Assembly: GCA_964016885.1 (NCBI GenBank)
Contig: OZ024758.1
Location: forward strand, 24,242,001 to 24,306,000
Length of the DNA stretch: 64,000 nt
Reading direction: 5' to 3'
Source: Eledone cirrhosa
Taxonomy: Eukaryota
A model generated the notes under the pieces. That model ran no database searches. It saw only the letters and a program-made list of their open reading frames with translations, and was not told the DNA's origin. Position numbers and translations under genes: made by a program. Positions 1-12,694 of this stretch are shown piece after piece; the stretch's first letter is position 1, and every line of letters begins with the position of its first letter.

Positions 1-481
1 GAGTCGATAAAATAAAGTACCAGTAATACACTGGGTATTTGCTGGCCTTGTGCCAAAAGTAGAAACAATTATTAGCGAGATAAGAGCAGGAGATTGGCAG
101 TAGAATTGTTAGAGCGTCGGACAGCCTGCTTTGCAGCATAGAGTTACGTCCCTTTACGTCAGATTTGCCTTTCATCCTTACGGGGTCGATAAAATATAGC
201 ACCAGTCACGCACTGGGGTCGATTTAATTGACATTTTCCTACTCCAAAATTACTGACCTTCTGCCTAAATCAGAAACCATTATTATGTGGGCGGTGGGCT
301 GGCAGTATCGGTAGAGGGTCGGACGCCATGCTTTGCAGCAAAGAGTTACGGCCCTGTATGGTACGAGTTCAAATCCCGCCGAGGTTAGCTTTCCCTTTCA
401 TCCTTACGGGGTCGATAAACTAAAGCACCAGTAATACACTGGGATAATTGCTGGCCTTGTGCCTAAATCAGAAACCATTAT
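1..481 (+). mobile_element. Three head-to-tail copies of tRNA-derived SINE family 1 (first copy cut by window edge)
   Basis: A-box-like TGGCAGTATCGG, B-box GAGTTCAAATCCC, conserved body GCCTTTCATCCTTACGGGGTCGATAAAATAAAGTACCAG and an ATT-type tail; the same sequence recurs about 45 times in the window on both strands. Confidence 0.9.
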
Positions 482-813
482 GTTGGAATCAACAAACAAC
501 CAAATATGCTTCGTTATGTTACATCTTATAATTTTATATATTGTTCTCAATAGTATCTAGTTTGGAAAATTCCCTAATTTCCAATAGTTGTTCTTGCTGC
601 TGTTGTCATTGCTATGGTAGCAGTTAAACCCTAGAATTATTACTATTATAATCCGACATGGGGCCAAGGAACCCCGTGTCAGCTGTTCGTCATGTGGGCG
701 TGGAATATGTCTTGATGTTTGGTTGTTTGGAGCTCAATGTTGTAAGCGACCCAAACACGCGTCAGTATTACATTGATCCTCTATCTCCCGAGCAATAATC
801 TTTTATTAGCCAC

Positions 814-958
814 GGTGGATTGCTAAGGTGGACTGCCAAGGTGGACTACCAAGGTGGATTGCCAAGGTGGATTGCCAAGGTGGATTGCCAAGGTGGATTG
901 CTAAGGTGGATTGCCAAGGTGGATTGCCAAGGTGGATGGCTAAGGTGGATTGCTAAGG
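814..958 (+). repeat. 13-bp minisatellite GGTGGATTGCCAA, about 11 copies
   Basis: Visible tandem repeat; the unit resembles the SINE 5' end GGTGGATTGGCA. Confidence 0.9.
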
Positions 959-1039
959 TAAATATCTCTTGGTATTTCTATCATGTGAAGACGGGGCTAA
1001 ATAGTCTTATATTGTTGTTGTTGTGGTTTCTGATGAGAA

Positions 1040-1768
1040 CGATGATGATGATGATGACGATGATGATGATGACGAGGATGATGTTGATGAGTGATGATGA
1101 TGATAATGGGGAGTATGATGATAATGCTTATGAATACGATGATGATGCTAAAGATGATGAAGAATATGATGATGATTATAATGATGATAATGAATATAAT
1201 GCTGGTGATGATGAATGGGTATGATGGCGGTGATGATGATGATGTGAATGAAAATGATGATGAGTGATGATGAGTGATGATGATGAGTGATGATGATGAG
1301 TGATGATGATAATGAGTGATGATAAGTGATGATGAGTGATGATGATAAGTGATGATGATGATGATGATAATGAATGATGATGATAATGAGTGATGATGAG
1401 TGATGATGATAATGAGTGGTGATGAGTGATAATGATAATGAGTGATGATGATGATGATGATGATGAGTGATGATGATGAGTGATGATGATAATGAGTGAT
1501 GATAAGTGATGATGAGTGATGATGATAAGTGATGATAATGAGTGATGATGATAATGAGTGATGATGATAATGAGTGATGATGAGTGATGATGATAATGAG
1601 TGATGATGAGTGATGATGATAATGAGTGATGATGAGTGATAATGATAATGAGTGATGATGATGATGATGATGATGAGTGATGATGATGATGATGATGATG
1701 AGTGATGATGATGATGATAATGATGATGATGATGATAATGAGTGATGATGATGATAATGAGTGATGAT
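1040..1768. repeat. (GAT)n / GATGAGT compound microsatellite
   Basis: Visible; explains ORFs 820-1224 and 1148-1828. Confidence 0.95.
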
Positions 1769-2049
1769 TTGATTCCAGACCAGACCAGACCAGACCCTAA
1801 TTTTTAACATCATTGGATGAATAAACATTTGAGTAGTTACCCAACAGTGAGGGCCAGAACTACATTGTATATTCTAAATAATATTTCCACGTCTCCAGTT
1901 ATTTAAACCTCAATAAACCGTCGAAATTCCTCACATATCACTGTTGTGGCCCCGTGGTAAGGATGTTGGACTTGCGATCATTTAAATTGACCTCAGTATT
2001 AGTCGCCGAAATCGATTCGATAAGATTTGAACTCAAATAGTAGAGGATC

Positions 2050-2150
2050 ACTCACCATTTCTGCCCTTTCCTGGTAATATTTGTGAGTACTTCGACTTAG
2101 GCACAAACAAACAGTGAACCCCGTTTGTGGCCCAATTCCTACTTCCGTTT
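2050..2150 (-). promoter_or_regulatory. Candidate first exon ending ATG|GTGAGT (copy A, no TATA box)
   Basis: Minus strand reads GGGCAGAAATG|GTGAGT with ATG at 2058-2056 and the donor at 2055; paralogous to 17665-17760. Confidence 0.4.
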
Positions 2151-2230
2151 CATTCCCTTCTATTTTTGTTTTGTTTTTTCAAATACGTCGGTAATGTCCC
2201 CGAGAAAATTATGAGCGCTACATAACCAAT

Positions 2231-2501
2231 GGAGGCGCGTGGCCTCATGGTAAGGTTGTTAGATTTACGATCATAATGTTGTGGGTTCGATTACTGGACT
2301 GGGTTGCGTGTAGCGCTCTTGAGCAAAACACTTAATTTCACCTTGCTCCCGTTTACTCAGCTGAAAATGAGCACCATCAATAGCTGGGGGTTTACAACTG
2401 CGATGGGCTGGTGTCCTGTCCAAGAGGAGTCTTGTATTCTCAGTGGCTTCACGCCGCAGTAACCGGGATAAGTACCTTCCAAGCTCGAGGCAGACTTTAG
2501 A
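2231..2501 (+). mobile_element. tRNA-derived CORE-type SINE (family 2)
   Basis: tRNA-like head with B box GGTTCGATT, then CTTGAGCAAAACACTTAATTTCACCTTGCTCCCGTTTACTCAGCTGAAAATGAG, which resembles the CORE domain. Other copies at 13783, 17836, 25655 (-) and 62118. Confidence 0.8.
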
Positions 2502-3303
2502 CTTTTTTTTAGATCAGATCAAGAGTGTAAATACCAAAGCAAGGGTGATATGTAAGTATCTCATGAGAAGTAGATACTAATGCTTTAAACAGAACTCCTT
2601 TGTTAGAAGAGATAATTCTAGCAGTTCCACTATTTCATTTATGTTGCTTATACCTTCGAAGTAATCATTAAGTTCCGCCCGGTACAATATCTCTCAAAAT
2701 CGATGTCTATATAATAGACTTATAGAAGAGATATTGAGACCGTAGAAAGTCGAACTAAATGGTATGATGATATTTAAGGTATGGAGTTGACGCTGCTTTA
2801 ACCATCCTCGATAAAAACCATAAACCCTAGCAATAGACTTTATTACAGTATATGTAGTTTATGTTTACATCAAATCTACATATACTACTGATGAGATTTA
2901 CTTGAGAACATTTTATAAAAGCCGATATAATTCTATTGGAGTTCAATTTAATAACATTGGCTTCGGGTAATTATATTGTGAAATACATGTCCTAACATTT
3001 ATAGTGTATCAGAGGGTGTCGCTTGATGTTCATGATTTTCTAGAAGATATTAGGTGCATAAGTTAAGTGAAATAGTTTCAACTAAGAATCGAAACCAGTT
3101 CGTGGAATCTGATCATCAATAACTTATCTCTACTTTACCGTACGACACATTAACGATTTTTATAACATGAATAATGTTTAATTAAAGGGCTCATATCATA
3201 GATCCATCCTCTTTTCTATCAAAGCCTTTTAAGACTGAATATTTTTCTACGATTTGATTGAATATTTATATATTTTATCATTGGTGATTAACGGCCGAGG
3301 AAA

Positions 3304-3347
<44 letters not shown>

Positions 3348-3454
3348 CTTAAAATTCATGAAAGACACCGTCCATATTTTAAAGAGTTTTCGAGATTGTC
3401 ATCTGCCAATCTTTCTTTCCTAATTAAACATTATTGATCCAGGGTCTTGAAATA

Positions 3455-3660
3455 ATTCACGGAGGAGGAACCCCTCCCTGTACTCCTTCCACCGACTTCT
3501 GACCCTTGTCAGTCCTGGCTATCAGGGTACCAGCTGGGTGGTGAGGTCGTCTCGTCATCTTGTCCTTGGACGTCCTTTTGATCTTGTCCATTTTCTTGGT
3601 GTCCACTGTGTCACTCTGATCGTCCATCTGCTGTCACTGAGTCTCCAAATGTGACCAGCT
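3455..3660 (-). mobile_element. RTE-clade LINE 3' fragment, decayed
   Basis: Hand translation AGHIWRLSDSRWTIRVTQWTPRKWTRSKGRPRTR*RDDL matches the RTE C-terminal pattern WAGH..R....RW....W.P....R..GRP..RW.DD; in-frame stops present. Confidence 0.85.
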
Positions 3661-3889
3661 CATCTGATGTCACTGAGTCACAAGAAGTCGCCAATCCATC
3701 TGTTGTCATTGAGTCTCCAGATGTGGCCATCCCATCTGTGTTTGTTTGTCTTGGTCGTTGTTATGTCGCAGACTCCAGTCTGTTGTCCGATCCAAGTGTT
3801 GTTGTTGTTGTCACACAGAGTAATACCCAACATAATTAAACATAACATAAATAATGTTTAATTAAAGGACTCATGTCCACAAAGATGTC

Positions 3890-4870
3890 TCTTCACGCCT
3901 TCACTAAGATGATGTACACTTTAGTCACTGACTCACTACTCAAAGCTTGGTCTTTGACTGTGATTAGCAGTGGTTCGATCTCCCTCTTTAGATCACTGCA
4001 GGATAGCCAACACCAAGACTTTAATTCAGACGTTTGTCATTCAAATTGACCATCCAATGTCTTACAAGATTCCACTTCTCTTTTTCCCACACAAAGACCC
4101 GTCTTTCCCACACAAAGACCCGTCTCTTAAACTCCATTCTCCCATTTTTCAGGTCCATAACTGCTGAGATATATTGTAGAAGTCTTTCGTTATTATGGAT
4201 TGGCAGTATCGGTATAACATCAGACACTATGCTTTACAGCATAGAGTTATGGCCCTTTACGTTCTGAGTTAAAATCCCGCCGAGGTTAACTTTGCCTCTC
4301 ATCCTTACACGGTCGATAAAATAAAGTACCTGTAATGCATTGGGGGTAATTGCTGGCCTTGTGCCAAAAGTAGAAAATTATTTATCAGGTGATAATCAAA
4401 TGCTTACGTCCCCTTGATACCTTCTGTAACAATTATCAACTATCTTCCTCTAACTGTGCTTTTCCTGTACAGACGATTTATACTTGTTTTTTGGGGGTTT
4501 TTTTTCGATGTAATGCCTTAAGCATGGTCATCAGTTTTCTTGTTCTGTGGTCTATCTCAACCTCAGCCTTCGTCCACTTGAGGATCCCAACATAGACACA
4601 ACACATATTTACAGCAAGAAGCAAGTTTCTTGCACCCAGCTTTAACTTGAGAGGTTTAAGCCTCAGATAGATATGTTCTTTTTACATTGTCTTTCATTGA
4701 TCCGTGCAACATCTCATCCATTTCTAAGATTCCTAGACATCTGTATCCATCATCAATTGGATCATTCAATCGTTTACCAAATGGTAATTCGATACCAGCT
4801 CCATGGGAGTTTGTCCCTCTTTTCACATTGAAAACTGTCCATTTTGCGCGCTGCCAAACGCTATACATAT
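3890..4870 (-). mobile_element. Dong/R4-clade non-LTR retrotransposon fragment (post-RT region), interrupted by a SINE
   Basis: Minus-strand peptides KRGTNSHGAGIELPFG..DGYRCLGILE, GILKWTKAEVEIDHRTRKLMTML and LDGQF..SWCWL..SDLKREIEPLLITVKDQAL match R4/Dong motifs (YKYLGILE; DRKTRKLMTM; LHGQF..W.WL..LK.ETE..AAQDQAL); frameshifted. Confidence 0.85.
4195..4384 (+). mobile_element. SINE family 1 nested in the R4 LINE
   Basis: Full SINE body separates two collinear R4 pieces. Confidence 0.9.
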
Positions 4871-5120
4871 GTCCTAGCTGCACATAAAACCTCAAAAAAT
4901 GTTGAACTAAAAACTTAATACAAGAAGCCATTTTACTTGTTCGTTTGTTTTACTGATTCAGCTAAATAATAATATACAGCTCAATGGTGGTGCTCCAGCA
5001 TGGCCTCAGCCTGTCGGCTGGAAACACGGTAAAGGCTCAATGATAACAATTTAGTAGTTCTTATAACATTATTCGCCACTTCATCCAATGTTGAGATGTA
5101 AATAGTCGCCACTTCATCTA

Positions 5121-5226
5121 GTATGTATGTATGTATGTATGTATGTATGTATGTATGTATGTATGTATGTATGTATGTATGTATGTATGTATGTATGTAT
5201 GTATGTATGTATGTATGTATGTATGT
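5121..5226. repeat. (ATGT)n microsatellite
   Basis: Visible. Confidence 0.95.
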
Positions 5227-5345
5227 AGTCCCGTAACTCCTGATAGAGTCATAGGGGCGCCATATTGACATACGGCGTTTCTTGGGCATTTTAAGCCAGG
5301 CGGAGTCCATCCCTCTCCAGGCCTGAGTACAACAGATTTCTCCCA
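5227..5345. repeat. Unclassified dispersed repeat (other copies near 20660-20790 and 46070-46125 on -)
   Basis: Shared CCGTAACTCCTG...CCATATTGACATACGG...GGCGGAGTCCATC. Confidence 0.6.
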
Positions 5346-5399
5346 GATACAACAGATAAAAAGCGAGAGAGAGCGGAAATGAGAAAGAGATATAGAGGA

Positions 5400-5995
5400 A
5401 GAATCGACCCCAGTACTAAACTGGTACTTTTTTATCGACCTCGAAAGGATGAAAGGCAAAGCTGACCTCGGCGAGATTTGAACTCCGAGATCAGAGAACT
5501 GAAATTAATACCACAAAGCATTCTACCCGACGTTCTAACGACTCTACCATTCTATCCGACGTTCTAACGGCTCGGCCATTCTATCCGACGTTCTAACGGC
5601 TCGGCCATTCTATCCGACGTTCTAACGACTCAGCCATTCTATCTGACGTTCTAACGACTCTACCATTCTACCTGACGTTCTAACGACTACCATTCTATCC
5701 GACGTTCTAACGACTACCATTCTATCCGACGTTCTAACGACTACCATTCTATCCGACGTTCTAACGACTACCATTCTATCCGACGTTCTAACGACTCGGC
5801 CATTCTACCTGACGTTCTAACGACTCTACCATTCTATCCGACGTTCTAACGACTCTACCATTCTATCCGACGTTCTAACGACTCTACCATTCTATCCGAC
5901 GTTCTAACGACTCTACCATTCTACCATTCTATCCGACGTTCTAACGACTACCATTCTATCCGACGTTCTAACGGCTCGGCCATTCACCGCCTTCA
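5400..5995 (-). mobile_element. SINE with its A-box region expanded into a ~29-bp minisatellite (about 5520-5985)
   Basis: SINE body, then roughly 16 units of CATTCTATCCGACGTTCTAACGACTCTAC, then the SINE 5' end. Confidence 0.85.
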
Positions 5996-6177
5996 TCCAG
6001 TATACAAACATTATACATACATTATACCACTGCTATTGATTGCTCTGACTTCAGTCGGTATGAAATTTTTAAAATCGATTTTTCAGTTAATGCGAAATAT
6101 TGAGCTAAATATATTTTATAATAACTGAACGAAGTCTTGCTTGGCAGCATTCGTTGAAATACTGAAATATTAAAATT

Positions 6178-7530
6178 GTGTGTGTGGAGTGAGGGAGAGT
6201 GTGGCGTGAGTGAGTGTGGCGTGAGTGAGTGTGGCATGAGAGAGTGAGTGTGGGGTGAGAGAGTGAGTGTGGGGTGAGAGTGAGAGTGTGGGGTGAGAGT
6301 GAGAGTGGAGTGAGAGTGGAGTGAAAGTGGAGTTATAGTGGAGTGAGAGTGAGAGTGGAGTGAGAGTGAGAGTGGAGTGGAGTGAGAGTGGAGTGGAGGG
6401 AGAGTGAGAGTAGAGTGGAGTGGGAGTGAGAGTAGAGTGGGAGTGGGAGTAGAGTAGAGTGGAGTGGGAGTGAGAGTAGAGTGGAGTGGGAGTGGGGAGT
6501 GAGAGTGTGATGGTCATTTATATATATATTTTTCTCTATATTTGTGTTTCGACTTTGGTGGGTGGTTTTATTTTCTTCTAGTTTAGGTCGTACTTATATT
6601 TTACATCACATATATCAGCCATTGATTCTAGCTAATTACTGCTACCACACTAACACGTCTTTACCTTACACAGAGGTAGGTGTGTATGTAGTGTGTGTGG
6701 TGTGGTGTGGTGTGCTGTGCTGTGGTGTGGTGTGGTGTGGTGTGGAGTAGTGAAGTGTGGTGTGGAGTAGTGAAGTGTGGTGTGGAGTAGTGAAGTGTGG
6801 TGTGGAGTAGTGTAGTGTGGTGTGGTGTGGTGTGGTGTGGTGTGGTGTGGTGTGGTGTGGTGTGGTGTGGTGTGGTGTGGAGTAGTGTGGTGTGGTGTGG
6901 TGTGGTGTGGTGTGGTGTGGTGTGGTGTGGTGTGGTGTGGTGTGGTGTGGTGTGGTGTGGTGTGGTGTGGTGTGGTGTGGTGTGGTGTGGTGTGGTGTGG
7001 TGTGGTGTGGAGTAGTGAAGTGTGTGTGGTGTGGAGTAGTGAAGTGTGTGTGGTGAAGTGTGTGTGGTGTGGAGTAGTGTAGTGTGTGTGGTGTGGTGTG
7101 GTGTGGTGTGGTGTGGTGTGGTGTGGTGTGGAGTAGTGAAGTGTGTGTGGTGTGGAGTAGTGTGTGTGGTGTGGAGTAGTGAAGTGTGTGTGGTGTGGAG
7201 TAGTGAAGTGTGTGTGGTGTGGAGTAGTGAAGTGTGTGTGGTGTGGAGTAGTGAAGTGTGTGTGGTGTGGAGTAGTGTGTGTGGTGTGGAGTAGTGAAGT
7301 GTGGTGTGGAGTAGTGAAGTGTGTGTGGTGTGGAGTAGTGAAGTGTGTGTGGTGTGGTGTGGAGTGAAGTGTGTGTGGTGTGGAGTAGTGTAGTGTGTGT
7401 GGTGTGGAGTAGTGTAGTATGTGTGGTGTGAAGTAGTGTGTGTGTGTGTGTGTCGAGTGGAGTGGTGTATGTGCGCGCGTGCGTGCGTGCGGTGGCGTGG
7501 CGTGTGTAGTGTGCGTGGCGTGGCGTGGCA
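6178..7530. repeat. GAGT/GAGTG tract (6178-6510) and (GTGTG)n/GTGGAGTAGTGAA tract (6690-7530)
   Basis: Visible; explains the HHTTP and VVWCG ORFs. Confidence 0.95.
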
Positions 7531-8372
7531 ATGCTATATCTCTGTAAATACAGAGTGTGTAACCAAGACTGCACCATGTATAAATATATTCAACTATCTA
7601 ATATGTAGGTATGGAAACATGGTACAAAATACAAATTACTCTGTAAATTGAAAAAACGAGAAACATCATTAATCGATTTTCTGATCTAATTGGGCTCCAA
7701 TAAGAAGGCGTCTATAGCATCTAATCAACTACAAGAAAACACACATACATACATACATACATACACATATATATAGATATTGTACATACACACACACCTG
7801 TATGTATATGTATGTGTGTGTATGTGTGTGTATGTGTGTGTATGTGTGTATGCGTGCGTGTGCGTGTGCGTGTATGTATGTGTGTGTATGTGTGTGTATG
7901 TGTATGTATGTGTATGTATGCGTGCGTGCGTGCGTGCGTGCGTGCGTGTCTGTGTCCGTGTGTGTACGCGCGCGCGCGCTAATAATAACGAAAGGAAAAG
8001 TACTCTATCCGATATAGAAGTTAATTCTATTTATTTTGCCCCCCCCCCCCCCCAAAAAAAAATTAACATAATCCGTTTAAACAAGGTTTAAACACATATA
8101 ACGTCTGTCAGACATTTGGATAAAAGACATACAACACTAATCAATATGGCAGATGGAACATACTTTCTTATTGTTTATTACAATTATTGCATTGGTTAAA
8201 ATGTTACAAGTTCACTTTCGTAGGAGTCGAAATTTAAATTTATTTGAATAAACTGCCAGGAGTTGCGACCGGTAGATAATTTAAGCAATTGAATAGAAAG
8301 GCCAATGGTGTGGTCCGAAAGAGAAACAGATAAAGAGAAAGGGAAAACAAACGGCAGTATACTGATAACTCG

Positions 8373-8800
8373 TTTTTTTTTTGCTCACATCAAGCAAGCC
8401 AATAAAGCCACTAAAATCCAAGGGGTTACTAAGAAAGGAGAAGGACATGATTTGAAGAGAGAAAATGATGCTTTATGTTGCTTTTGAATTTTTGCAAATT
8501 GGAATGATCAGATCAAGAAGCTGGAAGAGAATTCCATAGGCGAGATGTTTGAGGGAAGAAACTATCGAAATAGTATTTGCGTTTCCTTTTAGGAATTTGA
8601 ATTGTAAATGGATGAGACATTTCCGCCAATCTGGTGCCATGTTTAAACTTGTGAAAAGGAATTCACAAAGAGAAAAGCTCATCAGAACAATTCCCATGAA
8701 AATATTTATTAAAAAAGCCAAAACGAGGCAACATTTCGACGGTGTGATCATGATTGAAGCCGACATACATTCTATTGGATGCTCTGCCAACTCTATACCT
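8373..8800 (-). mobile_element. CR1-group (Zenon-like) LINE 3' end with poly(A)
   Basis: Minus-strand translation SHRRNVASF..NCSDEL..SHPFTIQIP..DSFFPQTSRLWNSLPA..NLQKFKSNI is a typical CR1-group ORF2 C-terminus, followed by a short 3' UTR and an A-tail (T-run at 8373). Confidence 0.8.
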
Positions 8801-8827
8801 TCAACATATTATATTGTATTATATTTT

Positions 8828-9015
8828 GATTGGCAGTATCGGTAGAGGGTCGGACACCATGCTTTCCAGCATAGTTACGTCCCTTTACAGTCTGAGTTCA
8901 AATCCCGCCGAGGTTAACTTTGCCTTTCATCCTTACAGGGTCGATAAAATAAAGTACCAGTAATGTACTGTGATAATTGCTGGCCTTGTGCCAAAAGTAG
9001 AAACAATTATATTAT
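8828..9015 (+). mobile_element. SINE family 1
   Basis: A/B boxes, conserved body, ATT tail. Confidence 0.9.
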
Positions 9016-9091
9016 GTTTATTTGTTAATATTTACATATTGATTGGGAAATCGTCACATATCAATTTACTTCCCTCCATGTTGCATTAATT

Positions 9092-9133
9092 ATTAGTGTT
9101 ACCCACTGATTATAATCAGTGGGTAACACTAAT
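9092..9133. repeat. Perfect 42-bp palindrome with no spacer
   Basis: ATTAGTGTTACCCACTGATTA|TAATCAGTGGGTAACACTAAT. Confidence 0.95.
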
Positions 9134-9454
9134 CGTTCACAATTCTAGTTACATATGTAGAATAAAGATTTCAAAATACGATACGCCATTGATTAATGAC
9201 ATTACAGTGGCGACTATGCCGTCTAGGGGACTATATTATCCCTTCTGAGCTGCCAATAAAGGTTTCACTGCATTTACAAGCAGATTAAATAACCATGTAT
9301 ATGCTCTATCGTTGGCTCAATATGAGGGGGGAAATGACGGGATGTGTAAGCGAGGGATTACCTGTGATGCCATGGATTGGTAACAAATGTTCAGCATGAA
9401 ATGGTATTAGATAGTATATGCACGAATTTGAAACATAAAACAAGTCCACTCACT

Positions 9455-9458
<4 letters not shown>

Positions 9459-9490
<32 letters not shown>

Positions 9491-9519
9491 TATATATATA
9501 TATATATGTGTGTGTGTGC

Positions 9520-9556
<37 letters not shown>

Positions 9557-9745
9557 CAGAAAGAGGGAGAGAGAGAGAAAGAGGGAGAGAGAGAGAAAGA
9601 GGGAGAGACAGAGAAAGAGGGAGAGACAGAGAAAGAGGGAGGCAGAAAGAGACAGAGAAAGAGGGAGAGGCAGAAAGAGAGAGGCAGAAAGAGAGAGAGA
9701 CAGAGAAAGAGAGAGGCAGAAAGCGAGAGAAAGAGAGAGGCAGAA

Positions 9746-9788
<43 letters not shown>

Positions 9789-10028
9789 AAAAGAGAGACA
9801 CAGAGAAAGAGAGAGACAGAGAAAGAGAGAGACAGAGACAGAGAGAGAGAGACAGAGAAAGAGAGAGACAGAAAGAGAGATGCAGAAAGAGATGCAGAAA
9901 GAGAGATGCAGAAAGAGATGCAGAAAGAGAGATGCAGAAAGAGATGCAAAAAGAGAGATGCAGAAAGAGAGATGCAGAAAGAGAGATGCAGAAAGAGAGA
10001 TGCAGAAAGAGAGAGGCAGAAAGAGAGA
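9459..10028. repeat. (TA)n, (TG)n and (GA)n/GAGATGCAGAAA compound repeat
   Basis: Visible; explains the ER-rich ORFs. Confidence 0.95.
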
Positions 10029-11069
10029 TTGGTGGGTTAGTGGAATTTAAGTAAAGAGAACCGTCTATCTAAAATTATGTGCAGTGTTATATCAATCTGG
10101 CGAATGAAACTTCCGATGTTAAACCAAAATGAAACGAAAATGCATTTAAGAATGTTTATATTTATATTATATATACTAGCAAAAAAACCACCCTCGGGTG
10201 GTTTTCTGCTAGCATGTGTAGTGTGTATATTGATATACGCAAGTATATATACAGTACATGTAGATATGATACATCAAATAAGATCGTAATTGAGAATATA
10301 CACAGAAATTGAAGAGAGACTGTGTTACACTGTCTTATGTAATCAGTAAAGTAATCCATGATACATTAAAAAAAAAGACGATTATTATATATAATCTGCA
10401 TTAGGAAAAAATTAGTGACAGAAAATTAATATTTATTTAAGCGATCGCCACCGGAAGTGTTGACATTTGAAAATGTTAAAGAAGTGAATCGTTAAATAAA
10501 TAAATAAAATATATTTAATGAACAGCCACAAAATTTAGTAGATAAATTATGTAATATTCATTCATTATATAAAGTACCATAAAATAAAGTACCAGTAATG
10601 CACTGGATAATTGCTGGTCTTGTGTCAAAAGTAGAAACAATTATTTATTCTACTATTATTTATTTTACTAATGGGATAAAAAATTATAAACCGTATGCAG
10701 TCCCGCGCTTCTTACTTTATTATAGTTTATATATATATATGGGGGAAGGGATGTATGTGTGTGTGGGGGGGTGTATATATGTGTATGTGGGTGTGTGCGT
10801 GTGTGTATATGTATGTGCATTTTCTAATTTTATTTATTTGCCAAATCCTTCCTAGAACTCTTGTTCACCCTCTCTCATGCCTGCCGAGCGCTCTTTAAGG
10901 ACAGTTGGTTGGTTAGAATGAGAGGGCTGGTGACCATCTGTCTTGACACGAATTAGGGATTATATAGGAAGACGATTGAAAGCAGTGGACAATAACATTT
11001 CTGTAAAGTCTTTTGTCAGAAATTCACGAGGAATAACATGTAATAGACAGAAATTTATTTTGGAATAAT

Positions 11070-11870
11070 GATCTAATTTGGAGAGAGGGGAAAAGTTGAT
11101 TATATCAACCCCAGTACTTTACTGGTACTTTATTTTGTCAATGTTGACCCCGGTGGGACTAAATACCAGAAAGAATTTTGTCCAAAAATCTAAAGATTCT
11201 GCCAATCTGACATCTTTAACCAAGTAACATAAAAAAAAAAAATTATTGTTTCTACTTTTGGCACAAGGCCAGCAATTACACCAGAACATTACTGGTACTT
11301 TATTATACCGACCCCGTAAGGATGAAAGGCAAATTCAACCTCGGCGGGATTTGAACTCAGATCGTAAAGGGACGTAACTATGCTGGAAAGCATGGCGTCC
11401 GACCCTCTACCGATACTGCCAATCCACCGCCTCCATAAAAAAATAATGATTTCTAATTTAGAGGACGCGACAATTTATTGCGGGGGGTGGGGGTGATTAT
11501 ATCGATCTCTCAGTATTTAACTGCTACTTTATTTTATCGACCACGGAGGGGCGAAAGGCAAAATTGACATCAGCGGGATTTGAACTCAATGTAAAGAGCC
11601 AGAACAAATACCGCAAGGCATTTTATCCGACGCTCTACCGATTCTGCCAATGATAGCTATAATGGTTTCTGATTTAGACACAAGGCCAACAATTTTTGGG
11701 GGGTAAGGGTAAGGGAAAGTCCATTAAATCGCTCCCAGTGTATTACTGATACTAGTACTTTATTATATCGAGCCCGTAAATATGAATGCCAAAGTTGACA
11801 TCGGCAGGATTTGAACTCAATGTAAAGGGCCAGAACAAATACCACCATGACATTTTATCCGGCGCTCTAC
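11070..11870 (-). mobile_element. Four tandem SINE family 1 copies of different ages
   Basis: Four successive reverse-complement SINE bodies. Confidence 0.85.
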
Positions 11871-12264
11871 TAGCTATAGTGTAAAAGCTATACAACTACT
11901 AACGAGCTACCAGTCCATATAGGGAAATATACTTCTGTCACTGACATTATATAAAATCTTACTTCTAGCAAATGTTATCAAGCTTATACAAGATAATGAA
12001 ATGAATGTTAATTTTCAAAATAAAAATTATTAAATTAAATCTAAATTAAATTATACAAATTTCTGATTTATATATTTGTAATAATTGTATGTTATCAATA
12101 ATAATTATATGTTATCAATAATAATTGTATGTTATCAATTGATTAGATGTGTATTGTAATTATTAATTTCATATAAGGAAGCCTGCCACTTTTGACGTTG
12201 CCAAGCAACCAACAAGCATCGTTAATAGAATGATACCTGCTGTATGACATTGTTTTGATTATAT

Positions 12265-12693
12265 ACTTTTACCACAGTTAACAATGCCAGGTAACCTTAC
12301 AAAGGTAACCTTACAAAGGTAATGTACTTTTACCGCAGTTAATGTCAGGTAACCTTACAAAGGTAATGTACTTTTACCGCAGTTAATGTCAGGTAACCTT
12401 ACAAAGGTAATGTACTTTTACCGCAGTTAATGTCAGGTAACCTTACAAAGGTAATGTACTTTTACCGCAGTTAATGTCAGGTAACCTTACAAAGGTAATG
12501 TACTTTTACCGCAGTTAATGTCAGGTAACCTTACAAAGGTAATGTACTTTTACCGCAGTTAATGTCAGGTAACCTTACAAAGGTAATGTACTTTTCCGCA
12601 GTTAACAATGCCAGGTAACCTTACAAAGGTAACCTTACAAAGGTAATGTACTTTTACCACAGTAAGATATGTCAGGTAATCTTTCATAGGTAA
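12265..12693. repeat. 44-bp minisatellite, about 9 copies
   Basis: Unit GGTAACCTTACAAAGGTAATGTACTTTTACCGCAGTTAATGTCA; period measured 12304 to 12348. Confidence 0.9.
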
Positions 12694-12694
12694 A

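Noticed and set aside
2882-3110. Split hammerhead: CTGATGAGATT at 2888 and AATCGAAAC at about 3087
   Set aside because: The base of stem II pairs, but it needs a ~190-nt insertion and stem I does not pair at the cleavage site. At most a decayed relic.
8473-8845. ORF-track proteins 8473-8790 and 8549-8845 as host genes
   Set aside because: They are off-frame or antisense readings of a decayed CR1-group ORF2.
10440-10465. Isolated ETS motif CCGGAAGTG next to GCGATCGC
   Set aside because: A single motif with no supporting promoter elements or splice donor.
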